Notes: generated by a model from the letters alone, not told the origin. Positions 1 through 8,075 are shown, numbered from the stretch's first letter. The stretch: DNA of 43,305 bases from a virus (IMGVR_UViG_3300030376_006694:1-43305); one strand, 5' to 3'. Numbers and translations: made by a program.

Positions 1-135
1 TATAGGTATATAGGTGCATATGATGCTGCAGATACATTTGATGGAGAAATTGATGATGTTTGTATATATCATGATGAATTGAGTGCAGCAGAGGTATTAA
101 GAAATTATAACGCAGGTAAAAGGAGTCACAGATAA
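1..135 (+). CDS. 3' end of the LamG tail-fibre gene (duplicate of the end of 40259..43261)
   Basis: Frame 1 reads YRYIGAYDAADTFDGEIDDVCIYHDELSAAEVLRNYNAGKRSHR*. Confidence 0.9.
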   Translation, partial: YRYIGAYDAADTFDGEIDDVCIYHDELSAAEVLRNYNAGKRSHR

Positions 136-179
136 TGGCACATTATGAAATGTATTTTTGTTTACCTAGCAGTGCATAT
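1..179. repeat. Terminal direct repeat, left copy (circular assembly overlap or terminal redundancy)
   Basis: Matches 43127..43305 except position 48 (A vs T at 43174) and position 131 (G vs A at 43257). Confidence 0.95.
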
Positions 180-485
180 GATAGTGCTGTTGGGACTAAA
201 ATTAAAGCACTATATCCAATAGTAGAATCAGTAGCAGAAGATGGTACTGAAACATATAAATCATCTCCTACATGGAACGATATAATCTTTACAGGTAAAG
301 TAGGTGTACCAAAATATTCACATGATGATTCTTATTGCATTATTAAGGGTGAATGGTCTATGAAGGATGGTGTATTATCAGAATTAATAGCACTAGGTTC
401 AGGCGTTGCATATCCAAACTTTAGTGTATTAACAAAGTCTGAAGCTCAGACATTAGCAAAAAGTTCAACCTTTACAGGAGAATAA
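135..485 (+). CDS. Hypothetical protein following the tail fibre (possible fibre chaperone or accessory)
   Basis: 116-aa ORF with TAATG coupling to the fibre gene; function inferred from position only. Confidence 0.7.
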   Translation: MAHYEMYFCLPSSAYDSAVGTKIKALYPIVESVAEDGTETYKSSPTWNDIIFTGKVGVPKYSHDDSYCIIKGEWSMKDGVLSELIALGSGVAYPNFSVLTKSEAQTLAKSSTFTGE

Positions 486-893
486 ATGAGCAAATTAATA
501 GATTCAATCAAGCTTTCCGAGGGATATAGGGCTAAAGTCTACAAAGATACTCTTGGCATAGACACCATAGGGTATGGATTTGCCGTAAAAGACCTTGTTC
601 TAGAAGAGGATGTATGTGATATGATATTAGACAGAAAACTTGAAGATTTAATAGAAAGCGTAAATAATAAATTTGTATTTATAACTGAACTACCAGTAGA
701 AGCACAGCATGTTGTATATGAAATGGTTTACCAAATGGGTGTTTCGGGTGTATCTAAATTTAAAAGGTTTCTTGAAGCATTAGAAGAAAGAGATTATGAA
801 TGGGCATCTATAGAGATGTTAGATTCAAAATGGGCAAAACAAACACCTAACAGAGCAAAAAGATTAAGTGATATTATAAAGGGGTTGGCGTGA
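486..893 (+). CDS. Endolysin, T4-type phage lysozyme (GH24)
   Basis: Catalytic E-x8-D-x5-T motif in SEGYRAKVYKDTLGIDTIGYG; C-terminal SKWAKQTPNRAKRL motif as in T4 lysozyme. Confidence 0.92.
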   Translation: MSKLIDSIKLSEGYRAKVYKDTLGIDTIGYGFAVKDLVLEEDVCDMILDRKLEDLIESVNNKFVFITELPVEAQHVVYEMVYQMGVSGVSKFKRFLEALEERDYEWASIEMLDSKWAKQTPNRAKRLSDIIKGLA

Positions 894-1138
894 TGATAGA
901 TAAAAAGATTTCAGTTGGAACTCTCATAACAATAGCAACAATTGGAGGAACTGTATTTTTTACTCAAGGAGCTACATCTCACAGAATAGAATATGTTGAA
1001 AAGGAAACTTTTGAAAATACGGAATCAATTAAATCGATATCTAGAGAAGTTAATCAAAACAAGATAGACATAGGTAAAATAGAAACTAAAATAGATGAAG
1101 GGTTTAAAAGAATAGAAAACTTATTCATTGAAAACTAA
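890..1138 (+). CDS. Small membrane protein with coiled coil (holin or spanin-like lysis accessory)
   Basis: N-terminal hydrophobic segment ISVGTLITIATIGGTVFF followed by heptads; directly after the endolysin. Confidence 0.55.
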   Translation: MMIDKKISVGTLITIATIGGTVFFTQGATSHRIEYVEKETFENTESIKSISREVNQNKIDIGKIETKIDEGFKRIENLFIEN

Positions 1139-1147
1139 ATTTGGTAA

Positions 1148-1936
1148 ATTATCGGAAGAAAAAAGAAAGATAAAGGCGTAGTTAAACGAGCAATCGTTAC
1201 TCCAGACAAGCACTTTCCATTGCACGACATTGATGCAATAAGTGTTTTAAAGAAAACAATAGAGATAGTAAAGCCCGATATATATATAGACTTGGGAGAT
1301 GTTGGAGAATGGTCAGCTTTTAGTGCTTGGAAATACAAGCGTAAGAAAGCTCCACCTTTAGAATTTATGATTCCAGAAATGGAACAAGATGTTAATGAAG
1401 TAAATGCAGGAATGGACTGGATAGACGAATCTCTTGATAAAGTTAATTGTACACAGAAATATATTACCGAAGGCAATCATGACAACTGGCTTAATATGGC
1501 TGTTGAAAAATATCCATATATTCCACAGTATAAATTCAAGAATGCCGTTAATCTTCGTGATAGAGGATATGTGTACTATCCTTTTGGTAAGCATCTTAAG
1601 ATAGGAAAACTTTATTTTTATCATGGACACCAATATGGAGGTCAGTACCACACATCTAATCATCTTAGGAAGCTAGGTTGTAATGTTATGTATGGACATT
1701 GGCACGATTTACAGCAAATGAGTGCTACACACATGGATGGTCCTAAGTCTGCTTGGAGTATAGGATGTTTAAAAGATATGGGTCCAGACAGTAATGAATG
1801 GCTAGATAATAGAAGAATAAACTGGGCACATGCATTCGCTATAGTTGATTATTATGAAAAAGGACAATTTACAGTGCATATTATACAGATAATAGATGGA
1901 AAAACATCTCTTTGGGGAGAACTTATAAGAGGATGA
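1148..1936 (+). CDS. Calcineurin-like metallophosphoesterase (start uncertain)
   Basis: Motifs PDKH (1202-1213, upstream of the listed TTG start), DLGD, EGNHD, YHGH and YGHWH; frame open from 1148. Confidence 0.85.
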   Translation: MIGRKKKDKGVVKRAIVTPDKHFPLHDIDAISVLKKTIEIVKPDIYIDLGDVGEWSAFSAWKYKRKKAPPLEFMIPEMEQDVNEVNAGMDWIDESLDKVNCTQKYITEGNHDNWLNMAVEKYPYIPQYKFKNAVNLRDRGYVYYPFGKHLKIGKLYFYHGHQYGGQYHTSNHLRKLGCNVMYGHWHDLQQMSATHMDGPKSAWSIGCLKDMGPDSNEWLDNRRINWAHAFAIVDYYEKGQFTVHIIQIIDGKTSLWGELIRG

Positions 1937-2022
1937 TTGAATCAATAGCAACACTAGCATTTTTTTTTACATTTATAATATATTTATACATACTATGCAC
2001 GTATATAAAGGATGATGATTAA
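1933..2022 (+). CDS. 29-aa single-TM micropeptide
   Basis: MIESIATLAFFFTFIIYLYILCTYIKDDD*; ATGA overlap with the upstream stop and GAGG upstream. Confidence 0.5.
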   Translation: MIESIATLAFFFTFIIYLYILCTYIKDDD

Positions 2023-2024
2023 GA

Positions 2025-2324
2025 ATGGATGTCTTGTCAATACTAGACCAATATGGAATACCTTTAACTGTCGCAATAGCGTTCGGGTATTTTATATGGA
2101 AACAGAATCAATTTATACAGCATACACTAATGGAAGAGCTAGAAGAATCTTTTAATCGACTAGAAGCTATTACTATAAAGCTTATAGATGCCCAAAAACA
2201 GTCTTTAATGGAACAAAAAGAGATTAAAGCTAGTTATCATGCCATTGTAGAAATTTTGTCCAGTTTAAGCGGAAATGGTCTTAAAGATAAGTTTGTTAAA
2301 AAGAGACGAGATAGGGACTATTAA
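2025..2324 (+). CDS. Holin-like membrane protein (BhlA-like layout)
   Basis: ILDQYGIPLTVAIAFGYFIW TM helix, coiled coil and basic C-terminus. Confidence 0.6.
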   Translation: MDVLSILDQYGIPLTVAIAFGYFIWKQNQFIQHTLMEELEESFNRLEAITIKLIDAQKQSLMEQKEIKASYHAIVEILSSLSGNGLKDKFVKKRRDRDY

Positions 2325-2563
2325 TGCTCCCTTTATATTTACTGAAATTTCTGACTCCAAAGAATATTAAAAAAATATCCCAAGTTTTTGATTATGTATT
2401 TAAGAAAAACGAATTGGATAATAAGATGGATGGAGTTATTAAAAAGGTCGAAGAGATAGATAAAGATGTTAAGAAGCTGAAGAAAAAATCTCATTCTCCT
2501 AAAACATATATTGTGTGTGATAAATGTAGTTCTAAAATAAAACAGTACGAAGGTACAGATTAA
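2324..2563 (+). CDS. Hypothetical coiled-coil protein with C-terminal CxxC
   Basis: 79-aa ORF, TAATG-coupled. Confidence 0.6.
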   Translation: MLPLYLLKFLTPKNIKKISQVFDYVFKKNELDNKMDGVIKKVEEIDKDVKKLKKKSHSPKTYIVCDKCSSKIKQYEGTD

Positions 2564-2574
2564 GGAGAAGTATA

Positions 2575-2784
2575 ATGAAGTTTTTTGAAAGTTTAATTAG
2601 CGAACATAAAGATGTTATTATTGAAAAGATATTTGACGATGAGCTACAAAAGAAGTTGGTCGATAAGTTAAATGAGAATATAGACATTCCTTTTATTTCT
2701 GAAAAAACAGAAGAGAAACATTTAAATGCTTTATACGATGCTGTAGAAGGCTTATTAAAGGAAGTCTTAAAAGAAAAGTTGTAA
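2575..2784 (+). CDS. Hypothetical protein
   Basis: 69-aa ORF with strong AAGGAG RBS. Confidence 0.7.
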   Translation: MKFFESLISEHKDVIIEKIFDDELQKKLVDKLNENIDIPFISEKTEEKHLNALYDAVEGLLKEVLKEKL

Positions 2785-2789
2785 TCCTC

Positions 2790-3095
2790 TTGGAGAACTA
2801 TTTAAAGATATGCGGTCATTACTATAAGGTTAAGTTCGTAGATAACTTAACAGATGCAGGTGGTGACCGACATGCTTGGGGTAGAATCCACTCCGCAAAT
2901 CAAGTCATTGAAATAGAATCTAACTGTAGTAATAGTAAGAAAAAAGAGTCTTTAGTGCATGAAGTAATACATGCTATTGAGTCGAGTGTTGATTTAGGGT
3001 TGAACGAAACAGAGGTATGTGTTTTGGCTAACGCTCTATTCCAATTAGGGTTAGGTGATATTCTGATTGAAAAACTAGATACTTCTAATGATTAA
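2790..3095 (+). CDS. HExxH zincin-like metallopeptidase (ImmA/IrrE-like)
   Basis: ESLVHEVIHAI motif plus downstream E (LNETEV); TTG start. Confidence 0.7.
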   Translation: MENYLKICGHYYKVKFVDNLTDAGGDRHAWGRIHSANQVIEIESNCSNSKKKESLVHEVIHAIESSVDLGLNETEVCVLANALFQLGLGDILIEKLDTSND

Positions 3096-3238
3096 AAATT
3101 ATCGAAGTAATCTATATTTTTTATCTCTTTAATAGCCTTTAAAGCTATATCAGTTCGACCAGAATCATTTATAGCCTCTAGTGCTTCTAATGCTATAATA
3201 AGCTTCTTGTTCGTCTTAGAGAATGAATCAGCCAACAT
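3092..3238 (-). CDS. Hypothetical protein (48 aa, MLADSFSK...)
   Basis: Likely start 3238 overlapping the stop of 3228..3386; the provided longer ORF begins at 3310. Confidence 0.5.
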   Translation of the reverse strand: MLADSFSKTNKKLIIALEALEAINDSGRTDIALKAIKEIKNIDYFDNF

Positions 3239-3386
3239 ATTTTTTTCTGTTTCCAGTTGAAATATATATTCTTGTGACATATGTTTCTCCGTTTTTTTGT
3301 TTATAAGCAAAGGGGAATTGACTCCAATAATTTCTAGGAATGTTTATACTATCTGGATATTCCATATTATATGCAGTAATTATCAT
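3228..3386 (-). CDS. Hypothetical protein (52 aa, MIITAYNMEYPDSINIPRNYWSQFPFAYK...)
   Basis: Absent from the ORF track; GGAGG RBS upstream. Confidence 0.6.
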   Translation of the reverse strand: MIITAYNMEYPDSINIPRNYWSQFPFAYKQKNGETYVTRIYISTGNRKKYVG

Positions 3387-3412
3387 TGCACAATCCTCCA
3401 TTATATTTAATG

Positions 3413-3868
3413 CTATAGGTTTTCATTTGTTTCTTTTAAATAATAAGCCATAACTATGGCATCAGATGTGTCTAGGGTCACTTTTATATCTGGGTGATAT
3501 TCTAATGCAATCTCTTTTAACCTTCTTTTCCTTTCTGTCTTATTCTTAGGTAGAGGTTGATACATCTTCATCCATTTTTGAGGTGAAACGAGTATGTAAG
3601 GAATTTTTAAAGCGGAAAGGATTCCTTGCCATTGACCATAGTTATTTCCAAACTTGAACGTACTCGCAACACCTTGTCCTGGAAAGCTATGAACCGCTTC
3701 AATAATAGCTATTGTATTCTTAGTAGAAATATCAGATATCAGAGAAGCCATTTCTTTAACAGTAGGAGGACATTTATAAGCCTCTAATATATTTCCATCT
3801 AAAAGGGCAACTCCTCCTTTAATTCCAGGGTCGACCGAGAGATATTGTTTATTGGTGCCTTTTCGCAA
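3413..3868 (-). CDS. RuvC-like Holliday junction resolvase
   Basis: SVDPG..GG, AIIE, FKFG..YG, PQKW and DTSDAI acidic motifs. Confidence 0.85.
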   Translation of the reverse strand: MRKGTNKQYLSVDPGIKGGVALLDGNILEAYKCPPTVKEMASLISDISTKNTIAIIEAVHSFPGQGVASTFKFGNNYGQWQGILSALKIPYILVSPQKWMKMYQPLPKNKTERKRRLKEIALEYHPDIKVTLDTSDAIVMAYYLKETNENL

Positions 3869-4371
3869 CTTCTACTCCTTTTATTTATTTCAGTACAAAG
3901 TAAACTTGCTCCCATTGAGCAGTCCAACTTCTCACTCTTAGAATATTCTCTAATACAACTTAATGGACTAGCATCTGGCAAATTTGGAGACCAGTTTTTA
4001 CTAGCATCACAACTACATCTACCAGTAACAGAAGTATAGCAATATTCACCTTCTGGTAAGTAATTTAAGGAAGTAACTACAGTTTTACCAATAAAAACAC
4101 CAAGTATAACTCCAGTATCTCCGCACAATTCACAGTTTTCATTGTTTCTATAGCTTTCAACTTTACTTTCAAAACTACCATATTTAGCAAGAATTTCTTT
4201 GCACCTAGGTAATGTGTCCCTTTCATTGGTTAGTTCCTTAATTGCCCTAGTTAAGAGCGTTATATCGCATTCGTAGAGCCTTTTAACATAGTGTTCTACT
4301 AAAGGTTTGTTTTTGTAAGGGTCTCTATTAAAATCTAGAAACAGCTCACTTATTATTTCAATCTTAGTCAT
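3799..4371 (-). CDS. Putative helicase loader or replication accessory protein with Cys cluster
   Basis: Directly downstream of the initiator; N-terminal helical domain ending LPRCKEI, then CELCGDTG...CSC. Confidence 0.5.
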   Translation of the reverse strand: MTKIEIISELFLDFNRDPYKNKPLVEHYVKRLYECDITLLTRAIKELTNERDTLPRCKEILAKYGSFESKVESYRNNENCELCGDTGVILGVFIGKTVVTSLNYLPEGEYCYTSVTGRCSCDASKNWSPNLPDASPLSCIREYSKSEKLDCSMGASLLCTEINKRSRSCEKAPINNISRSTLELKEELPF

Positions 4372-4377
4372 ATTTAT

Positions 4378-5058
4378 TTACCCGTATTTTTTTAGTTTAT
4401 TGAGCCAATCGCTCTGATTTTGAGTATTACTATAGTTTCCTTCCAATACCTTCATCATGTTTTTAGGTTGTATAACCCAATCAAAGGTAGCACTCCACTC
4501 ATCGCTTCTTCCAGAAAGAAAGTCAGATTCATTAATCTTTTGTATATAATCATCCCAAAATGAATGTTCTGAGTTTTCTTTTATTCTAGATATTAAGCTA
4601 TTAAGCCTTGCTCCTTTGATACTCATAACTTTAGGCACAGTCGAATTTTCAAATACTTCATTCCATTTGTTATGTATGTAAGTAATAGTTTTATTATATT
4701 TAATATTACTTTTATTATTCTTTTTATTATTATGTAACGATTTTTCGTTATAGGTATTACGATTTTTCGTTATAGGTATCTTGTTTTTCAAATATACCTT
4801 TCTCAGATTTCCTTTAGACCTATTTACATCCACTCTGACATATCCATATTTGCATAAACCAGACATCCAAGTTGATATTGTGTTCTTACTTACATCATAA
4901 AGGTCAGAAAAGTATTTGTTTGATGCCCAACAATACCCACTTTGATTAGATAGAGCAGTAATCTCAGCATATAAAAGCTTCTGAGAAGATGATAGTCTAT
5001 TGTCGTATCTCACCTCTGCAGGTATTATTGCATAATAATTTGTCTCAAGTTTAGCCAT
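4378..5058 (-). CDS. Phage replication initiator (N-terminal winged HTH, lambda O-like organisation)
   Basis: YYAIIPAEVRYD..LS...KLLYAEITAL...GYCWASNKYF; C-terminal SDFLSG...ATFDW...KVLEGNY; internal iterons. Confidence 0.85.
   Translation of the reverse strand: MAKLETNYYAIIPAEVRYDNRLSSSQKLLYAEITALSNQSGYCWASNKYFSDLYDVSKNTISTWMSGLCKYGYVRVDVNRSKGNLRKVYLKNKIPITKNRNTYNEKSLHNNKKNNKSNIKYNKTITYIHNKWNEVFENSTVPKVMSIKGARLNSLISRIKENSEHSFWDDYIQKINESDFLSGRSDEWSATFDWVIQPKNMMKVLEGNYSNTQNQSDWLNKLKKYG
4683..4779. promoter_or_regulatory. Putative replication origin: two 21-bp iterons plus AT-rich tract
   Basis: ACGATTTTTCGTTATAGGTAT at 4737-4757 and 4759-4779 (22-bp period), adjacent to a nearly pure A/T stretch at 4683-4733, inside the initiator gene. 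Confidence 0.75.
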
Positions 5059-5627
5059 TATGAACCCATTTTAGTTTCTAGCTTTTTATATAAAGCTTGT
5101 GCTTGATTATATGTTATATCTTTTTCAATATAAGACAATGCATTATCCTTTTCATCTGGACTTAATGTGCATTTATCTGATTCAAGCATCTCTCTTATCC
5201 TTTTAATCTGGCTAGGATTAGACATAACCTCTGGAAGGTCTTCTCCCGCATAGATATATAAACCTAAGCCATGCAAGGCAATTGCTTTCGCTAAACATCT
5301 TTGTATTGATGTATTAATATGAAAAGCGTTAGGTTTAATTATAGGGCTGTTCCTATTGTCTAATACTGGGTGAACTTGAGTTCTTTTTACTCCATCAACA
5401 TCAACTGTTACTTGTACAAAATAACCAGTCTCTGTTTTCATGTATGGTTGGTCGATACCTTCTGGCGTTTTAAAAGTATGTACATCCCATGTCGCATTAG
5501 GGCAAACCTTTAATAGTTCTTGAACAGCAAAACTCCAACTCAAGTAACTAAAGTTCCCCTTTTTCTCTACATATTTAGACACGTTGATTTGATTAAGTGT
5601 GCTAAAAGCATTATCTTTCTTTGTCAT
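5058..5627 (-). CDS. Single-strand annealing protein, Sak/DUF1071 (Rad52-like)
   Basis: VEKKG.FSYLSWS.A, PVLD.RN and INTSIQRCLAKAIALHGLGLYIYAGEDLP signature. Confidence 0.9.
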   Translation of the reverse strand: MTKKDNAFSTLNQINVSKYVEKKGNFSYLSWSFAVQELLKVCPNATWDVHTFKTPEGIDQPYMKTETGYFVQVTVDVDGVKRTQVHPVLDNRNSPIIKPNAFHINTSIQRCLAKAIALHGLGLYIYAGEDLPEVMSNPSQIKRIREMLESDKCTLSPDEKDNALSYIEKDITYNQAQALYKKLETKMGS

Positions 5628-5707
5628 GTTTCTCTCCTTGTTGTTAAAATTAAATGGGCTACTGACTTAGCTAAGGAGTAAGATTTCACCCATTGTACGG
5701 GACAATA

Positions 5708-5941
5708 TTAAAATGGAATATCGTCAGTCGTTGTTGCTTTTTGACTAGTAGTATTTTCTTTAGGTAGATTAAATGATAATCCAAAATACTTAGTTCCCTT
5801 TTTAGACTCATTTATCCATGCTGAGATATAATACTCAGTCCCGCCAATACTAGCCTTTCCAGTATAGTCTGGTCTCTTTTCGTTGTCACCTTTGTCGTTC
5901 TTAAAAAGAACTCCAGACATATCTTTTTGTTGTTCAGCCAT
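5708..5941 (-). CDS. Small ssDNA-binding protein (DUF736-like)
   Basis: GVLFKND...KRPDYTG...YYISAW...GTKY; acidic DDIPF C-terminus; next to Sak. Confidence 0.75.
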   Translation of the reverse strand: MAEQQKDMSGVLFKNDKGDNEKRPDYTGKASIGGTEYYISAWINESKKGTKYFGLSFNLPKENTTSQKATTTDDIPF

Positions 5942-6164
5942 TGTTTTTCTCCTTCCATGTTTTATACTTTTTGTTTTGTTTGTATTTACTTCCGAAAGCC
6001 TCCTTATAAGAGCAGTCAGTACATATTAAGCCTAGATATTTATCACTAAACAGGCTGTGCCAATGGTAAAACTGGTGATTCGTTTTGTATTTATCACATG
6101 AATAACACCTTTTAGTGTGTTTTACATTTTCAGCCTTTACATTCGATGACATATCATTTGCCAT
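5934..6164 (-). CDS. Small Zn-finger protein
   Basis: CYSC...CTDC. Confidence 0.6.
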   Translation of the reverse strand: MANDMSSNVKAENVKHTKRCYSCDKYKTNHQFYHWHSLFSDKYLGLICTDCSYKEAFGSKYKQNKKYKTWKEKNNG

Positions 6165-6333
6165 AGTATATCTTATCTCTTCTCGACTTTATAGTTGCAA
6201 GACCTTTTTCGCTAGGTGTCCAAGTACCATAATCTCCCATTTTAACTTTTTTACCTACATTCTTCTCGCCTATAGCAAGAAGATTATCGTACATCCTAAC
6301 GAGCTCATTTATAAGTCTCTTATTTCTTAGCAT
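6154..6333 (-). CDS. Hypothetical protein (59 aa, MLRNKRLINELVRMYDNLL...)
   Basis: Below the ORF-track cutoff; fills the gap in the operon. Confidence 0.55.
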   Translation of the reverse strand: MLRNKRLINELVRMYDNLLAIGEKNVGKKVKMGDYGTWTPSEKGLATIKSRRDKIYYGK

Positions 6334-6454
6334 TCTTTTTTTTCCTTATTTTCCTTTTAGGTTTAGCTCCAATTCCAGATACTGCCTTCTTCAACTCTTT
6401 CATTATTGACCTAATAGAACTAGGTAGTGTGGCATTTTTCATTTTTACTCCTTT

Positions 6455-6667
6455 TTATTTGTCTTTCTTGACCATACATCTATCATGTAGGTAGGCTTCA
6501 ACCCACCAACAACCATTAGATGCCTCTTTAATTTTTTTTATTTTAATCTGATGAGGAGTAAGATTGCTTTTTTTATTGTTCTTCTTCTTGTTTTTTCGAC
6601 ATGATTTTATAGCACTCATCCTTCTTTCTTCTGAGAATTTAGCTAACGTCACCTTCTTTTTCTTCAT
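6455..6667 (-). CDS. Basic hypothetical protein
   Basis: 70-aa Lys-rich ORF with GGAG RBS. Confidence 0.6.
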   Translation of the reverse strand: MKKKKVTLAKFSEERRMSAIKSCRKNKKKNNKKSNLTPHQIKIKKIKEASNGCWWVEAYLHDRCMVKKDK

Positions 6668-6812
6668 TTTCTTCTCCTATATAACATAAATAAAATGCAT
6701 TACAACTACTGCAACTTAAATTACTAACAATCCCTTCTCCTTCCATACCATAATCTTCATAGCTGTGGTCTCCACCCCATATCACTTCGCTTTTACAATG
6801 CCAACATTTCAT
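6639..6812 (-). CDS. Small Zn-ribbon protein (57 aa, MKCWHCKSEVIWGGDH...CSSC)
   Basis: Two CxxC pairs; absent from the ORF track. Confidence 0.7.
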   Translation of the reverse strand: MKCWHCKSEVIWGGDHSYEDYGMEGEGIVSNLSCSSCNAFYLCYIGEENEEKEGDVS

Positions 6813-6813
6813 A

Positions 6814-7110
6814 TTATTTAATCTCTGGTGTGTTGCGACTTATTTCTCGCAATTCTTTTTTTGACATCCCAGTCCACTTCGTTCTAACTTTTCTTTCTAA
6901 ATGCGAATAATTTGACCAGAAAGGATATTTTTCTTTATCATTGTCACACCCTTTTGACCATTCTGCATGAAGTAGCACCATAGGTCTATTAATTTCCCTA
7001 TCGTCTTTTCCGTAATTTTCGCTCCATGCTACAATACAATCACTCCCATCTTCTTTAAAAAGTTCACCACATTTACTGCATCTCATTTGACATCCAAGCT
7101 TTACTCTCAT
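6814..7110 (-). CDS. Hypothetical Cys/His protein
   Basis: CSKC...H...C; AGGAGG RBS. Confidence 0.65.
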   Translation of the reverse strand: MRVKLGCQMRCSKCGELFKEDGSDCIVAWSENYGKDDREINRPMVLLHAEWSKGCDNDKEKYPFWSNYSHLERKVRTKWTGMSKKELREISRNTPEIK

Positions 7111-7122
7111 TTTACCTCCTTT

Positions 7123-7398
7123 TTATTTAAACCTTATTTTAGTATTATCGTATCCACGCTTCTTCCAATACGCTTTTCTAGCCTTACTTTCAAATACATT
7201 GTCATGCATATCTCTTGGTCTTAAGAACCATTCTCCCTCGTGAAGTTTTAAATCAGATTCATCCCATTGACATATCTCATACTTCTTTTTAGGATATGGT
7301 CTGGGATTTGCACAATTCCAAGCTTCATCCAACAATGATGATAATGTCATATAAGTATATGCTTCAATCATTATGCTGAATATTATTAGAGAACTCAT
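7123..7398 (-). CDS. Hypothetical protein with hydrophobic N-terminus
   Basis: 91-aa ORF. Confidence 0.55.
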   Translation of the reverse strand: MSSLIIFSIMIEAYTYMTLSSLLDEAWNCANPRPYPKKKYEICQWDESDLKLHEGEWFLRPRDMHDNVFESKARKAYWKKRGYDNTKIRFK

Positions 7399-7405
7399 TT
7401 ATTTA

Positions 7406-7588
7406 CTAGTCATCTGCTTTTTCAATATACAAAATTGATGGGTTAGCACCATCATAAGGTCCACCAAATCCAAATGATATTTTAAGCTTATCATTTAACT
7501 TCCAACCTAATTTAGACCAAGCCTCTTTAGGTAGATTAATTTTATTTCCAGATGTACTTCTTAGTGTTACGTGTTTATAGTATTTCAT
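7406..7588 (-). CDS. AbrB/MazE/SpoVT-like DNA-binding protein
   Basis: SGNKINLPKEAWSKLGWKLNDKLKI matches the swapped-hairpin pattern; AAGGAGAGG RBS. Confidence 0.65.
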   Translation of the reverse strand: MKYYKHVTLRSTSGNKINLPKEAWSKLGWKLNDKLKISFGFGGPYDGANPSILYIEKADD

Positions 7589-7712
7589 TTCCTCTCCTTA
7601 GTTTTGAGCATGGAAGCCATCAGCTCTACCTGTTTAATGTAGCATATTCCCATTGTGACCAGCTACTGACTCCCATTCTCTTTTCGACGAGGTAAACATC
7701 ACATTTACCTAA

Positions 7713-8075
7713 TTATGTCCACATCATCTCTCTTAAAACAAACCTATCAAATGGTGATAGTTTTCTTATCTTTTCAATAAGTTCAGCAAAATTCACAGAT
7801 GTATCATAAGAACTTTCATAATAATCTCCTATTTCTGCTTCCCAATGCCTCCTTGATGCTAAGTCTTTAGAGGATATCTTATAGTTAGGACTAGCTTTTT
7901 CAAGAAAGATAAGTTCCGTATCGTTGAATTTGCCCTCAAGTAGCTTTAAAGATTCCTCTCTTATAAAGGGAAATACCTCTACTGCACGTACACATCCTGC
8001 ATGATTGGTTTTATATTTATCTTTGTAATACTCTATAGCATTACTATCTATTCTTAATGTAGTGTTTATTTTCAT
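7713..8075 (-). CDS. Hypothetical protein with N-terminal ribbon-helix-helix-like segment
   Basis: TTLRIDSNAIEYYKDKY resembles the BrnA/CopG-type RHH start. Confidence 0.45.
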   Translation of the reverse strand: MKINTTLRIDSNAIEYYKDKYKTNHAGCVRAVEVFPFIREESLKLLEGKFNDTELIFLEKASPNYKISSKDLASRRHWEAEIGDYYESSYDTSVNFAELIEKIRKLSPFDRFVLREMMWT

